Shown here piece by piece: positions 1 through 9,119 of a stretch of 64,000 nucleotides of DNA. The translations under genes and the position numbers were made by a program. The notes below the pieces were generated by a model, which was not told the origin of the DNA, ran no database searches, and worked only from the letters and a program-made list of their open reading frames with translations. Every line of letters begins with the position of its first letter. The first letter of the stretch is position 1. The DNA is from an uncultured virus (IMG/VR IMGVR_UViG_3300034062_003972). Taxonomy: Duplodnaviria > Heunggongvirae > Uroviricota > Caudoviricetes. The stretch is taken from the IMG/VR virus record IMGVR_UViG_3300034062_003972. One strand, written 5' to 3'.

Positions 1-220
1 AGCCGAGCGGCCCGCCTGGGGCGCCGATGGTGTCGCACCTCCCGAGGTGCCGGCCCGCCGTCCAGATCGAGCCGAGCGGCCCGCCTGGGGCGCCGATGGT
101 GTCGCACCTCCCGAGGTGCCGGCCCGCCGTCCAGATCGAGCCGAGCGGCCCGCCTGGGGCGCCGATGGTGTCGCACCTCCCGAGGTGCCGGCCCGCTGTC
201 CAGATCGAGCCGAGCGGCCC
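1..220. repeat. 69-bp tandem repeat, 3 full copies plus a partial; may extend left of the window
   Basis: Unit AGCCGAGCGGCCCGCC...TCCAGATCG starts at 1, 70, 139, 208; one C>T change in copy 3; internal inverted repeat GCACCTC-CC-GAGGTGC. Confidence 0.95.
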
Positions 221-224
221 CGGC

Positions 225-369
225 CGTGGCAACCCGCGCCCCTGGATCGTGGAAACCAGCACCCCCGGATCGTGGAAACCCGAGCCGCCCCCGTGCGCGG
301 CAACCCCGGCCCGTGGAAACCAGCGGCAGCGGCGAGCCCCCGTGCGCGGCAACCCCGACCGCGGCAACC
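225..369 (+). repeat. Seven direct copies of CGYGGMAACC
   Basis: Copies start at 225, 248, 271, 296, 312, 345, 360. Confidence 0.9.
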
Positions 370-411
370 TGTAAATTTCGTAAGGCACACTTTTAGGCTG
401 AATTCCTACGC

Positions 412-439
412 TTGACTCTGCCGAAGACTCTGCTATCCT
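412..439 (+). promoter_or_regulatory. sigma70-like promoter for the early array
   Basis: TTGACT-N16-TATCCT with TG extended -10, AT-rich upstream. Confidence 0.7.
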
Positions 440-499
440 TCGTGTGTGGGCGTGAACGTCACGCCCCGTAGATGGAAACCCCGACCGAGGAAACGAGAG

Positions 500-760
500 A
501 TGACCAAGAACCCCCCCGGCGAAACGACCCTGTCGATGATCCGCCACTGGCTGCTCCGCGGCGACGATCTCCAGCAGACCCGGCGGCACGTTGTGAAGCA
601 TCACGGCCGCGCGGAATGGTCGTGGCTCGCCACCACCAGCACGGAGCGACACGGCCGCGACCGGGCGCAGGCCGCGCGGTGGCTGCGGGATATTCGGAAG
701 ATCGCGGCGCACAACGGCTACACGCCCCGCGAGGTGTTCGCCCTGGCCCGTTCCAAGTAG
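500..760 (+). CDS. Hypothetical protein
   Basis: ATG after GAGGAAACGAGAG; 86 aa. Confidence 0.7.
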   Translation: MTKNPPGETTLSMIRHWLLRGDDLQQTRRHVVKHHGRAEWSWLATTSTERHGRDRAQAARWLRDIRKIAAHNGYTPREVFALARSK

Positions 761-810
761 GCTACAAACGACCATAACCCGCCGGCACGGCCGGCACAAC
801 CCGAGGAGAG

Positions 811-1437
811 ATGACCATGCGACAGGCTGAAGTTCAGATCGGCGGCGACTACCGCGTTCGGATTGGCGACCGGCTCGCCCTGGTGACCGTCCAGCGGCGG
901 AAGGATGGCCGCGGCCGCGCCCGGTTCGTCTGCCTGACGCACGACACCCGCCGCGAGGTGACCGCCACCGCGGCCCGGCTGCGGCCCCTGCCCGGCACGG
1001 CCGAGGCGGCCGCGCAGAACCGCCGCCGCACGGCGGCCGCCGCCGCCCGAGCCCCGCGGCCGTTCACCGGCTCGCCCGGCGAGCGGATGATCGAGGCGGC
1101 CCCGGTGCCGGGGATGCTCGCCCGCGTCGGCTCGTCGCCCGTGGCGGCCCTCTCCGCGGCGAATGCGGACTATGTGCGCCGGATCGTGGACGGGGTCCAC
1201 GTTGCCGAGAGTTTCGCGCACGTCGCCCGCGTCGTGCGTCGGAAGATCGGCCGGTCGATCATCTTCCGCTCGATCCCGCGGGCTCTGCGGCGCGGCCTGC
1301 TCCACGCCGCCGCCGAGCGTCACGCCGCCGGCCGGCGGATGTACCGCGCCGCGATGGGCCACGACCCGCTGCCGTCGCCGCGGATGGTTGCCGACGCGGT
1401 CGGCATCGCGGCCGGCATCGGAGCCTGCCCCCGCTGA
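811..1437 (+). CDS. Hypothetical protein
   Basis: GAGGAGAG RBS; 208 aa. Confidence 0.75.
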   Translation: MTMRQAEVQIGGDYRVRIGDRLALVTVQRRKDGRGRARFVCLTHDTRREVTATAARLRPLPGTAEAAAQNRRRTAAAAARAPRPFTGSPGERMIEAAPVPGMLARVGSSPVAALSAANADYVRRIVDGVHVAESFAHVARVVRRKIGRSIIFRSIPRALRRGLLHAAAERHAAGRRMYRAAMGHDPLPSPRMVADAVGIAAGIGACPR

Positions 1438-1517
1438 CGACTGATGACCAGTATTCCGGCAGGCGGCACGTTGCCCCGGCCGGCGGAACGAGTGGACCCG
1501 GAACGAGGAAACGAGAG

Positions 1518-1721
1518 ATGAACACGGCAACCGCCAACCCGACCCGCTGGTACGTCACCGCGACGGTCACCTACTGGGATCGCGCCTGCGGCGATTACGT
1601 CGAGGTGGCGCTCGACCACTACAGCCGCGAGGCGACGGTCGAGGCGGCCGAGGATGACGCCCGCGAAGTGTGGAGCGATCACGGCCACAACCCCGAGCGC
1701 GTGACCGTTCGGCCCTGGTGA
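1518..1721 (+). CDS. Hypothetical protein
   Basis: GAGGAAACGAGAG RBS; 67 aa. Confidence 0.7.
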   Translation: MNTATANPTRWYVTATVTYWDRACGDYVEVALDHYSREATVEAAEDDAREVWSDHGHNPERVTVRPW

Positions 1722-1820
1722 CCCCCGAGCCGGTGCCGTCGCCCGCGGGCGGCATCGAGTCGGCGGCCACCGCGGCCCCGTGGATGGAAACCCGATACCC
1801 CCGAGAGAGGAAACCAGACC

Positions 1821-2990
1821 ATGAACACGACCGTCTCCCCTTCGACCGTCACCATCCCCGAGTTGGTCGCCATCGTGCGGCCGTTCGCCAGCCGCGACAA
1901 GCGCAGGCCCGCCCTGCGTGATGCGCTCGTCCAGTTCACCGCGGACGCGACGAGCGTGACCGCGACCGACCTGGAGGTCGCCGGCACCGTGACCCTGCGC
2001 ACCCCCGGCGTCGTGCCCTGCTCGATCCTGGTCGAGGCCGCGACTTGCCACAACGTGGCCGAGCGCGACCCCCTGGAGTTCGCCGCGGCCGCCAGCATGG
2101 GCGGCCCGGAGATCGCCCGCGTGATCCTGACGGTGACCGACGTGCGCCGCATCGCGGACCACGTTGCCACGGCGACCGATCCCGACTCCAGCCGCTACAC
2201 GCTGGGCGGGGTGCTGATCGAGCGGCCCGAGAGCGGGATGCTCACCGCGGTCGGAACTGACGGCCGCCGCCTCCACGCGCTGCGGATTCTGCCGGCGGCC
2301 GCGGACGGGTCGCCGCGCGACGGCAGCATCGTGCCGGCGGTCGTGTTCTCCCGGTTCGTGGCCGCGGTGCGGGCTGCGGCCCGCGTCGGCCTCGATCTCG
2401 CCGGCCGGCGGCTCGCCGCCGCCGTCGAGGCGGGCGAGGTCGTGATCACCTTCAGCGAGAAGGAGGTCGCGCTCGCCTGGGGCTCGACCTGCGGCACCGT
2501 CGCGGTGCGGGTGGGCGCGCGGCTGGTCGAGGGCCGGTTCCCGCGGTGGCGGGACTGCGTCCCACCGGCGGCCGAGGTGACCGCGCCGGCCGTCGTGAAC
2601 GGCCCCGCCGTCGCCGCTGCCTGCCGGGAGGTCGCCAAGGCGACCGCCGAGGCGGCGAAGGCGGCCGCGGCCGCCTGGGTGGCCGAGGAGGCCGCCAAGG
2701 GGCGGCGGCGGAAGGCCGGCGAGATTCGGCACCCCCGCGGTGCCCAGTTCTCCGCGGACGGCATCGCGGGCCGGGGCTGCGGGGTCGTGCGGCCGGTCTG
2801 CTCGACGCCTGCGGTGCTGCTCGACCCCGTCTTCGCGGCCGATGCCGTCGAGGCGGCCGTCGAAGTCGGCGGCCACGCGGTCGATCTGCGGATCACCGAC
2901 GCGCAGTCGGCCGTCGTCGTGTTCGCTCGCGAGTGGCAGATCGCCGGCCCCGGCTTCCTGGCGGTCGTGATGCCGATGGCGCAGGACTGA
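1821..2990 (+). CDS. Divergent DNA polymerase III beta sliding clamp-like protein
   Basis: Motifs ATDLEV, SRYTLGGVLIE, VGTDGRRL, EGRFPRWRDCVP, C-terminal VVMPM. Confidence 0.8.
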   Translation: MNTTVSPSTVTIPELVAIVRPFASRDKRRPALRDALVQFTADATSVTATDLEVAGTVTLRTPGVVPCSILVEAATCHNVAERDPLEFAAAASMGGPEIARVILTVTDVRRIADHVATATDPDSSRYTLGGVLIERPESGMLTAVGTDGRRLHALRILPAAADGSPRDGSIVPAVVFSRFVAAVRAAARVGLDLAGRRLAAAVEAGEVVITFSEKEVALAWGSTCGTVAVRVGARLVEGRFPRWRDCVPPAAEVTAPAVVNGPAVAAACREVAKATAEAAKAAAAAWVAEEAAKGRRRKAGEIRHPRGAQFSADGIAGRGCGVVRPVCSTPAVLLDPVFAADAVEAAVEVGGHAVDLRITDAQSAVVVFAREWQIAGPGFLAVVMPMAQD

Positions 2991-3070
2991 CCCCCGACCG
3001 TGAGAACACGGGGGCCGGCGCGGTGCCGGCCCCCTGGATCGTGGAAACCCGAGACGAGAGGAGACGAGAG

Positions 3071-3331
3071 ATGGCAGAGTTCATCGCATCGCGAGCGGAT
3101 CAGACGGTGGAAGTCGAGCCGCACGTTTCGCAGGTGTTCGTGCGGATCGCCGGCCTGACGATTGCCGTGCAGCGGTCGGGCTCCGATGACGAGCCGACCA
3201 TCAGCATCGACGCCTGGGACGATGACTTCGGCAAGGCCGGCTCGCCGGTCGCGACGATGCACGTTCCCGCGCCGGCCGACAGGGACCGCGACCCCGCAGT
3301 GCTGGAGTGGTACAGGCAGCGCGCCACCTGA
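3071..3331 (+). CDS. Hypothetical protein
   Basis: GAGGAGACGAGAG RBS; 86 aa. Confidence 0.7.
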   Translation: MAEFIASRADQTVEVEPHVSQVFVRIAGLTIAVQRSGSDDEPTISIDAWDDDFGKAGSPVATMHVPAPADRDRDPAVLEWYRQRAT

Positions 3332-3429
3332 CCCCCGGCACGGCCCCGTCGCCCGCGGGCGGGGTCGAGCCGGTGGCCGCGTGGCCCCCGCGTGTGGGAA
3401 CGAGACGACAACCCTGGAGCGTGGAAACC

Positions 3430-3729
3430 ATGACGACCAGATTCAAGAAGAGCCGAGCCGACTACCCCGATGGGGTGCTGGCGATCTACGACAACGGAGG
3501 CCGCACCATCGACCGCTATCGCGTGATCTACGCGCCGTTCACGGTGGACGGGCGGAACTACTTCCCGACGCGGGACATGAGCGCCCGCCCGACTCATCCG
3601 CAGGGCTACGGCATCTCCAGCGACTTCGGCCACAAGCCTCGCCGGCTGAAGGGCGACCGCGTGATCCCGTTCGACGCGCTGCCGGAGGACTGCCGGCTGT
3701 GCATCGAGGATGACCTTCGGAGCGAGTGA
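3430..3729 (+). CDS. Phage hypothetical protein (DNGGxTxDRY motif)
   Basis: GGAG RBS; 99 aa. Confidence 0.75.
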   Translation: MTTRFKKSRADYPDGVLAIYDNGGRTIDRYRVIYAPFTVDGRNYFPTRDMSARPTHPQGYGISSDFGHKPRRLKGDRVIPFDALPEDCRLCIEDDLRSE

Positions 3730-3794
3730 CGATGGCGGGCCGGCGCGTGACCGGCCCCGTGCGCGAGAACGACAACCCCTGGAGCGTGAAAACC

Positions 3795-4088
3795 ATGACG
3801 ACGACGACCATCAACCTGACCATCCCCGACGACGCCTGGGAGGCGATCGGCTGGAATGACGGCCCCCCGCACGATCGCCTGCTGGCGCAGGTCGTGCTCA
3901 ACGGCACGCATCACCACCTCGACGCATACCGGGCCACGGTCGAGCCGGACGGATGCGTCGTGTTGGCGAACCCGGAGATGGAGAAGGAGCAGATGCCGCT
4001 GCTTCAGTCGCTCTACGACGGGGGCTACGACCTGACGACGATCCGAGGCGAGCGGTACGTCGTCGTGATGTACCCGCACGCGAATTGA
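3795..4088 (+). CDS. Hypothetical protein
   Basis: Leader nearly identical to that of the 3430 gene; 97 aa. Confidence 0.75.
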   Translation: MTTTTINLTIPDDAWEAIGWNDGPPHDRLLAQVVLNGTHHHLDAYRATVEPDGCVVLANPEMEKEQMPLLQSLYDGGYDLTTIRGERYVVVMYPHAN

Positions 4089-4117
4089 ACCCAACACCCG
4101 ACCGAGGAGACGCGACG

Positions 4118-4324
4118 ATGCCCATGTATCTGATCCGTTTCGACTCCGGTCGCCACTGCCCGCCCGTCGAGGCGGCCGGCGACCGCGAGGCGGCCGAGTA
4201 TGCGATGGAACTGCTACTGGACGATGGCGCGGAGCCCGGCGAGGAGGCCGGGGTCTACCGCGTCGAGGATGGTGGAGTCGAGGAGCATATCGCCACCGTG
4301 GCGGTGCCGAGCGACGACGAGTGA
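4118..4324 (+). CDS. Acidic hypothetical protein
   Basis: GAGGAG RBS; 68 aa. Confidence 0.7.
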   Translation: MPMYLIRFDSGRHCPPVEAAGDREAAEYAMELLLDDGAEPGEEAGVYRVEDGGVEEHIATVAVPSDDE

Positions 4325-4349
4325 GCAACCCGAGACGAGGAGAGACGAG

Positions 4350-4565
4350 ATGACCACGACGCACGACCCGGCCTTCCTTCCCTGGACCGCCGCGACGGCG
4401 GCCACGCTCCTCTCGCGGATCGTGGAGGCGCAGGCTGCGGCCGATGAGTTGAACACGCTCCTCGCCGCTGGCCTCGCCGGCCACGACCGCTACGAGCGCG
4501 CGGCCTGCGACCGCGACGATGCAATCGAGGCGGCGGCGGCCTTCCTGCGGAGGGACGCCAAATGA
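4350..4565 (+). CDS. Hypothetical protein
   Basis: GAGGAGAG RBS; 71 aa. Confidence 0.7.
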   Translation: MTTTHDPAFLPWTAATAATLLSRIVEAQAAADELNTLLAAGLAGHDRYERAACDRDDAIEAAAAFLRRDAK

Positions 4566-4912
4566 CCCAGACCGTGGAAACCGAGTACCGCGTCTCCGAG
4601 CGTGTCGTCCTGCGCCCCGGCGACCGCTTCCGCGTCGGCGGCGGGCCGTACTACAGGCTCGCGTCGGGCGAGCGGGTGCCGATGGCAACCCGAGGCATCG
4701 TGACGTTCATCCGCGCGATCCGCTGCGGCCGCGGCGGGCGGCGGGTGCTGCTGGAGTGTCAGGCCGGCGATGGGACGGTCGTTCTGCACGTTGCCGGGCC
4801 GCGGGCGAACAAAATGATGCCGTCCCTGGTCTGCCGGCCGTACAAAATCCGCGGGAAACTGCGGGTTGGGACGGGCCGCCAGAAAAATCGTAGAGGCGGG
4901 GTTGACGACTAG
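4562..4912 (+). CDS. Basic hypothetical protein
   Basis: ATGA overlap with upstream gene; 116 aa. Confidence 0.7.
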   Translation: MTQTVETEYRVSERVVLRPGDRFRVGGGPYYRLASGERVPMATRGIVTFIRAIRCGRGGRRVLLECQAGDGTVVLHVAGPRANKMMPSLVCRPYKIRGKLRVGTGRQKNRRGGVDD

Positions 4913-4930
4913 CCGACACAAGCGTAGAGT
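4902..4930 (+). promoter_or_regulatory. sigma70-like promoter
   Basis: TTGACG-N17-TAGAGT. Confidence 0.65.
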
Positions 4931-4976
4931 AGTTGTGACACGGGTCGAGACAAGGCAACAAACGAGGAGAGATGCG

Positions 4977-5372
4977 ATGAACACGATGCTCCATGTGACG
5001 GTGATCGACGGTCGCTGCGAACTGACCGCAGACGGCGGGACGGCAAAGCAGTGCCACTGCGGCGTGATGGCGCGGATGACTGAGACGATTCCGACGAACC
5101 CCGTCACCGAGGTGTCCGCGGCAAACATCTGCCCGAAGTGCTACGAGCGAGTCTACGGCACAACCAAAACCGTAATGGCCGACGTGTGGGCGCTCATCAA
5201 CTCTGCCAGCCTCGCGGACATCAACGCGGCCGCAGAGAAGGGGCGGCAGGCGGCGAGGATTCTTGACGAGGCGGCGATTGCCGACTGGTCCCCCGAGGAG
5301 GACGCGGAGGCCGCGGCGGCGCTCGAGCGCCTGCGGCGACAACTGCCCGAGTGGATGACGCGGGCATGGTGA
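4977..5372 (+). CDS. Hypothetical protein, possible Zn-binding (CxC...CxxC)
   Basis: GAGGAG RBS; 131 aa. Confidence 0.7.
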   Translation: MNTMLHVTVIDGRCELTADGGTAKQCHCGVMARMTETIPTNPVTEVSAANICPKCYERVYGTTKTVMADVWALINSASLADINAAAEKGRQAARILDEAAIADWSPEEDAEAAAALERLRRQLPEWMTRAW

Positions 5373-5437
5373 CGAACCCGCCCCGGCCGCGTGGCCTGGG
5401 CATGACCGAGTGAACCCGAGACGAGGAGGCGAGGATC

Positions 5438-5710
5438 ATGGGTGCCGTGAAGAGATTTTACGAGGACTGCGCCGAGGCGGGCCGATGCCCCCTCACGACC
5501 GAGACGTTCGACTACCTGGATGACATCGAAGGCCAGCGTGGCCTCGATTGGATCGGCTACTGCGAACACGACTACACCGCGGTCAACGGCATGGTCTGCT
5601 CGCAGGAGTGCATCACGATGGAGTCGGCCCGGCGGCTTGTGGCCGAGGGGCTGGCGAACGACGAGATCGAGTTTTTCGTGCAGTGCTTCGGGGACTACTG
5701 CCCGGCCTGA
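5438..5710 (+). CDS. Acidic Cys-containing hypothetical protein
   Basis: GAGGAGG RBS; 90 aa. Confidence 0.7.
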   Translation: MGAVKRFYEDCAEAGRCPLTTETFDYLDDIEGQRGLDWIGYCEHDYTAVNGMVCSQECITMESARRLVAEGLANDEIEFFVQCFGDYCPA

Positions 5711-5804
5711 CCGGGCCGCCGCCCCGGCTCGTTGCCGCGGCGGCTCGATGATGGGATGATTCACCAGACCCCCGGATGGGGGAACGAGAACAAAGGGGAA
5801 GACG

Positions 5805-6710
5805 ATGATGACTGCAACCAAGAAGGTGACCTACACGGCGACGTTTCAGGAGGGCATCGCGGGTGCGGTGCTGGCGAAGGTGACCCGCAACCGGCGGCGG
5901 CTCGACTTGGACGATCTGCCGGCCGGCGTGATCGACTACCTGAGCGTCAAGAGGACGAACGGCGGCGCATGGGTCTTCGATGTTGACGGCCACCGCTCAT
6001 TCGATGATCTCGTCGCCTGCGAGGAGGTCACCGAGAATAAGCAGGGGCGGCGGAACGCTCCCCGGCAGGCCACGGCGACGTTTGCCCTGGAACCCTGCCG
6101 CGTGAACGAGATCGACCCGCCCGAGCAGATTGAGCGAACGTGGAATGACGGCGCTCACTGTGGACTCACCGACTGGTACGAGCCGCTGGAGGCGGCGATC
6201 ACGGCGGCCCTGGCCCGCGGCAAGGGGTACGCCTGGACTACCGGGTGGTACGGGAGCAAGAAGGAAATCGCATCGGCCTGCATCACGCAGCATGGCGGCC
6301 AGATCACCGTCAAGGCATCGGTGAGCGATGACCTCGACACCGAGGGGATGGGCGAGAAGACGATCCGGTTCACGACGAACCTTGAGAAGATTCGGGCCGC
6401 GGTCACGGCGGCCTGGGAGGAGGCCGAGGAGAACCAGAGGGACAACCGCGCCTACATTGGCTTTTCGGTCGGCCGCGACGGGAAGTGGGAGCATACGCTC
6501 ATCCTGCCGATGGGATTCGGACATGACATGGATGCCCCTCCCGGCGACAACTACCACCGATGGGGTTGGGCCGACGAGGCCGAGGGTGTCGAGCATCCAG
6601 CCGCGATCCCGGCCGAGGTGGCGAAGCAGATCGTGGCCTGGGCCGAGCAGTGCGAGTTTGGCGAGCAGACTGTGATCGGCGGGTGGACTGTCAAGGCGTG
6701 GGAGCGATAG
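5805..6710 (+). CDS. Hypothetical protein
   Basis: 301-aa ORF with natural amino-acid composition. Confidence 0.8.
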   Translation: MMTATKKVTYTATFQEGIAGAVLAKVTRNRRRLDLDDLPAGVIDYLSVKRTNGGAWVFDVDGHRSFDDLVACEEVTENKQGRRNAPRQATATFALEPCRVNEIDPPEQIERTWNDGAHCGLTDWYEPLEAAITAALARGKGYAWTTGWYGSKKEIASACITQHGGQITVKASVSDDLDTEGMGEKTIRFTTNLEKIRAAVTAAWEEAEENQRDNRAYIGFSVGRDGKWEHTLILPMGFGHDMDAPPGDNYHRWGWADEAEGVEHPAAIPAEVAKQIVAWAEQCEFGEQTVIGGWTVKAWER

Positions 6711-6712
6711 CG

Positions 6713-7006
6713 ATGCCTGACTTCAACGTAGAGGCTCACTGGTGTTGCGAGACGGTTAGGCACTGGCAGGCGACGGTGGAGGGCCACCTCGTCTACTGGG
6801 GGCAACTGCCGCCGCAGGCATCGGTCGGCTACGGGATGATCTGCGACTGCAAGGGCTATCGGTTTCGCGGAACGTGCCGACACGCGAAGCAGGCCGAAAC
6901 CATGCGGTGCGGCTGGCAGGCTTTCGTCCACGGCGACGAGCCGACCAGCGACGGGAAATGCCCGCGGTGTGGCGGGCAGGTGACGGCGGAACGGTATGCA
7001 GTTTGA
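6713..7006 (+). CDS. SWIM-type zinc finger protein
   Basis: CDCKGYRFRGTCRH (CxC-x8-CxH) plus CPRCGG. Confidence 0.75.
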   Translation: MPDFNVEAHWCCETVRHWQATVEGHLVYWGQLPPQASVGYGMICDCKGYRFRGTCRHAKQAETMRCGWQAFVHGDEPTSDGKCPRCGGQVTAERYAV

Positions 7007-7038
7007 ACCCAAACCCTAGAGATGAGGAGAGAGAGACG

Positions 7039-7305
7039 ATGCGACGAATCAGTATTTCGATCTGCCCGACCACGCTGGAGTTCGCCAACGGCGATATGTA
7101 CGACGGCGACAAACTTCTCGACGCGATCCGCGAGTTCGCGGCCGAGCACTTCCCCGAGGGGGCTGCGTTCTCGACGCTCCAGATCGGCTACCGGCAGGGC
7201 GATGACTGGGCGAAGGTGGACGGCGACGAGGAGGCCGGCGCGGCCTTTATGGATGCCTTCTGGACGGGCAGGACTGCCGACGCGAGCCTGTTCGTCAACC
7301 CCTGA
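7039..7305 (+). CDS. Hypothetical protein
   Basis: GAGGAG RBS; 88 aa. Confidence 0.7.
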   Translation: MRRISISICPTTLEFANGDMYDGDKLLDAIREFAAEHFPEGAAFSTLQIGYRQGDDWAKVDGDEEAGAAFMDAFWTGRTADASLFVNP

Positions 7306-7369
7306 CCGTAGCAACCAGAGTTCGATTTCACCCTGCCGCCCCGTGCGGCGAAACCGGAGGAGAGGGACG

Positions 7370-7675
7370 ATGACGACGAACGCGCAACTGCGCAGGATGG
7401 ATGCTCACGACCAGCACAGCGCAATCTACGCTGCGCTGACCTGGGCGAAACTGGAAGACCTCATCCCCTGCCGCTGGTCGGTCGAGGACTGCGAGGGCGG
7501 CGACACGGCGGCCATGCTGCAAGCCGTCTGCCTGTGCCAACTGGCCGAGCGGCGAGTGCCGTTCGACACGGCAATCGAGAACCTCGTTGACGGATTTGCG
7601 CCGCGCGGCGCGACACCGTACCCAGATGCGGCCGAGGCGCTCCTGGCCCGGCGGGACGCTCCCGCCGAGGTCTGA
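7370..7675 (+). CDS. Hypothetical protein
   Basis: GGAGGAG RBS; 101 aa. Confidence 0.7.
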   Translation: MTTNAQLRRMDAHDQHSAIYAALTWAKLEDLIPCRWSVEDCEGGDTAAMLQAVCLCQLAERRVPFDTAIENLVDGFAPRGATPYPDAAEALLARRDAPAEV

Positions 7676-7755
7676 GCCAAAAAACTTTTTCTGCCCGCAC
7701 AAAAACATTTTTCACCCGACCGCAGAAACCCCGCGCAAAACGCTGCTTTTAGGAT

Positions 7756-7771
7756 TGGCACGCGGCGTGCA
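7756..7771 (+). promoter_or_regulatory. Putative sigma54 (-24/-12) promoter or palindromic operator
   Basis: TGGCACG-N4-GTGCA versus consensus TGGCACG-N4-TTGCW; upstream phased A/T tracts. Confidence 0.45.
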
Positions 7772-7799
7772 TATCACTCTGACAAAGGAGAACCTGACC

Positions 7800-8138
7800 A
7801 TGACAACCAGACGAAACGATTTCCCGACCGACGATTCGATCGCCGCAGCCGCCAACCGGGCCGAGGCCGTCCTGGGCCTCTACAGCAAGGCGAAGCCGAC
7901 CGCCGAGTGGGGCGGCTGGCAGGAGATGCTGGTGCAGGCGATTGCCGACCTCGCCATCCTGTCACAGGTCGAGGCCAACGTCGCGCACGCCGAGGCGCGG
8001 GCCGATGGCGAGCCGGGCGGCGGCGGCTATGACGCGGGCCTCGCCTGCGAGCATGGCGCGGAACTCGCGGAGACGATGTTTCAGGAGCAGGAGAGCCGCG
8101 ATCTTCGCAGTCTGTACGAGGAAGGCGGGGTCGCGTGA
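7800..8138 (+). CDS. Hypothetical protein
   Basis: AAGGAG RBS; 112 aa. Confidence 0.7.
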   Translation: MTTRRNDFPTDDSIAAAANRAEAVLGLYSKAKPTAEWGGWQEMLVQAIADLAILSQVEANVAHAEARADGEPGGGGYDAGLACEHGAELAETMFQEQESRDLRSLYEEGGVA

Positions 8139-8356
8139 ACGTCTACGTTGCCGTCTACATCGACCGACACGATGGCCCGCTCGTTGCTGGTGTGTATGCC
8201 TCCGCAGCCGACGGCGCGGAAGCCCTGGCCGCCGTCGCTGGGAAGCGGCTCACGCTCGACAAGTGGCTGTGTGCGAACGACATGGACGGAGACATGGCTG
8301 GATACTGCATCGAAGCAAAGATCGGACAGAGGATCGAGTGGCACGGGGTCGCCTGA
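8135..8356 (+). CDS. Hypothetical protein
   Basis: GTGA overlap; 73 aa. Confidence 0.65.
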   Translation: MNVYVAVYIDRHDGPLVAGVYASAADGAEALAAVAGKRLTLDKWLCANDMDGDMAGYCIEAKIGQRIEWHGVA

Positions 8357-8412
8357 CCCCCGAGAGTAGAAACCCATGCCGGCCCCGGCCGGCGAAACCC
8401 GAGGAGAGAATT

Positions 8413-9027
8413 GTGGCTACGAAAACGAAGAAGCATGGAGTGATCGTCACAATCGGCGGCCGCCACAACTCTAAAACGATCTGGAACCGCGGGCACCGGA
8501 TGGTGACCTACCGGAAGCAACCGCACCGCATCCGGTTCAAGTCGAAGATGGTGAGCGACAAAAATCAGCACCTCTGCGGCGGGTGGTTTTTCGCCGGCCT
8601 GGAGAACACGAATCTCTGGATCGAGCGTCAACTGATTGCCGGCAGGAAGCCGCTGGGGGCGATGGTCTTCTGGAACGACGATCGCGACGAGGCTGGTGAG
8701 TGCGCCGAGCGGCTGCGGGCCGCCGGCCTCATCGTCCGCACCGGGGCGGGGTTCACTGACGGCACCCGGATCGTGGAAGCCTGCCAAGACATCCGGGTCG
8801 GCGACATCGGCGACATCGGCGACCTGTTCGCCGACTACGTTCACGCCCGCATCCCAGTGGACGAGGATAAACTGCGAGACGAGTTCAATCGCTATGCCGG
8901 CCGGCGGCTCCGTTCATTCCTTGGCAAGAAGTGGGACGTCGAGCACTGCCCGCTCTGGCTCACCGGCCTTATCCTGGGCTACCCCATCGAGAACACGATC
9001 AGTTGCTACCACGACGCGGTGTCGTGA
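8413..9027 (+). CDS. Hypothetical protein
   Basis: GTG start after GAGGAG; 204 aa. Confidence 0.75.
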   Translation: MATKTKKHGVIVTIGGRHNSKTIWNRGHRMVTYRKQPHRIRFKSKMVSDKNQHLCGGWFFAGLENTNLWIERQLIAGRKPLGAMVFWNDDRDEAGECAERLRAAGLIVRTGAGFTDGTRIVEACQDIRVGDIGDIGDLFADYVHARIPVDEDKLRDEFNRYAGRRLRSFLGKKWDVEHCPLWLTGLILGYPIENTISCYHDAVS

Positions 9028-9119
9028 CCGTCAAGTTTTTCTGCAACAAAACATGACATTTCGGGGTCGCCGCCACCCCGGAGCGTAGAAACCCCGTGCG
9101 GCGAAACGAGGAGAGGACG

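Noticed and set aside
1..369. CRISPR array
   Set aside because: The 69-bp units have no unique spacers, the decamers are too short and irregularly spaced, and no cas genes are present
225..369. parS sites
   Set aside because: CGTGGAAAC resembles a parS half-site, but the copies are not palindromic and no parA/parB is seen
27..415. Repeat-derived ORFs of 115 and 122 aa
   Set aside because: Open only because the GC-rich unit is a multiple of 3; no RBS; they lie upstream of the promoter
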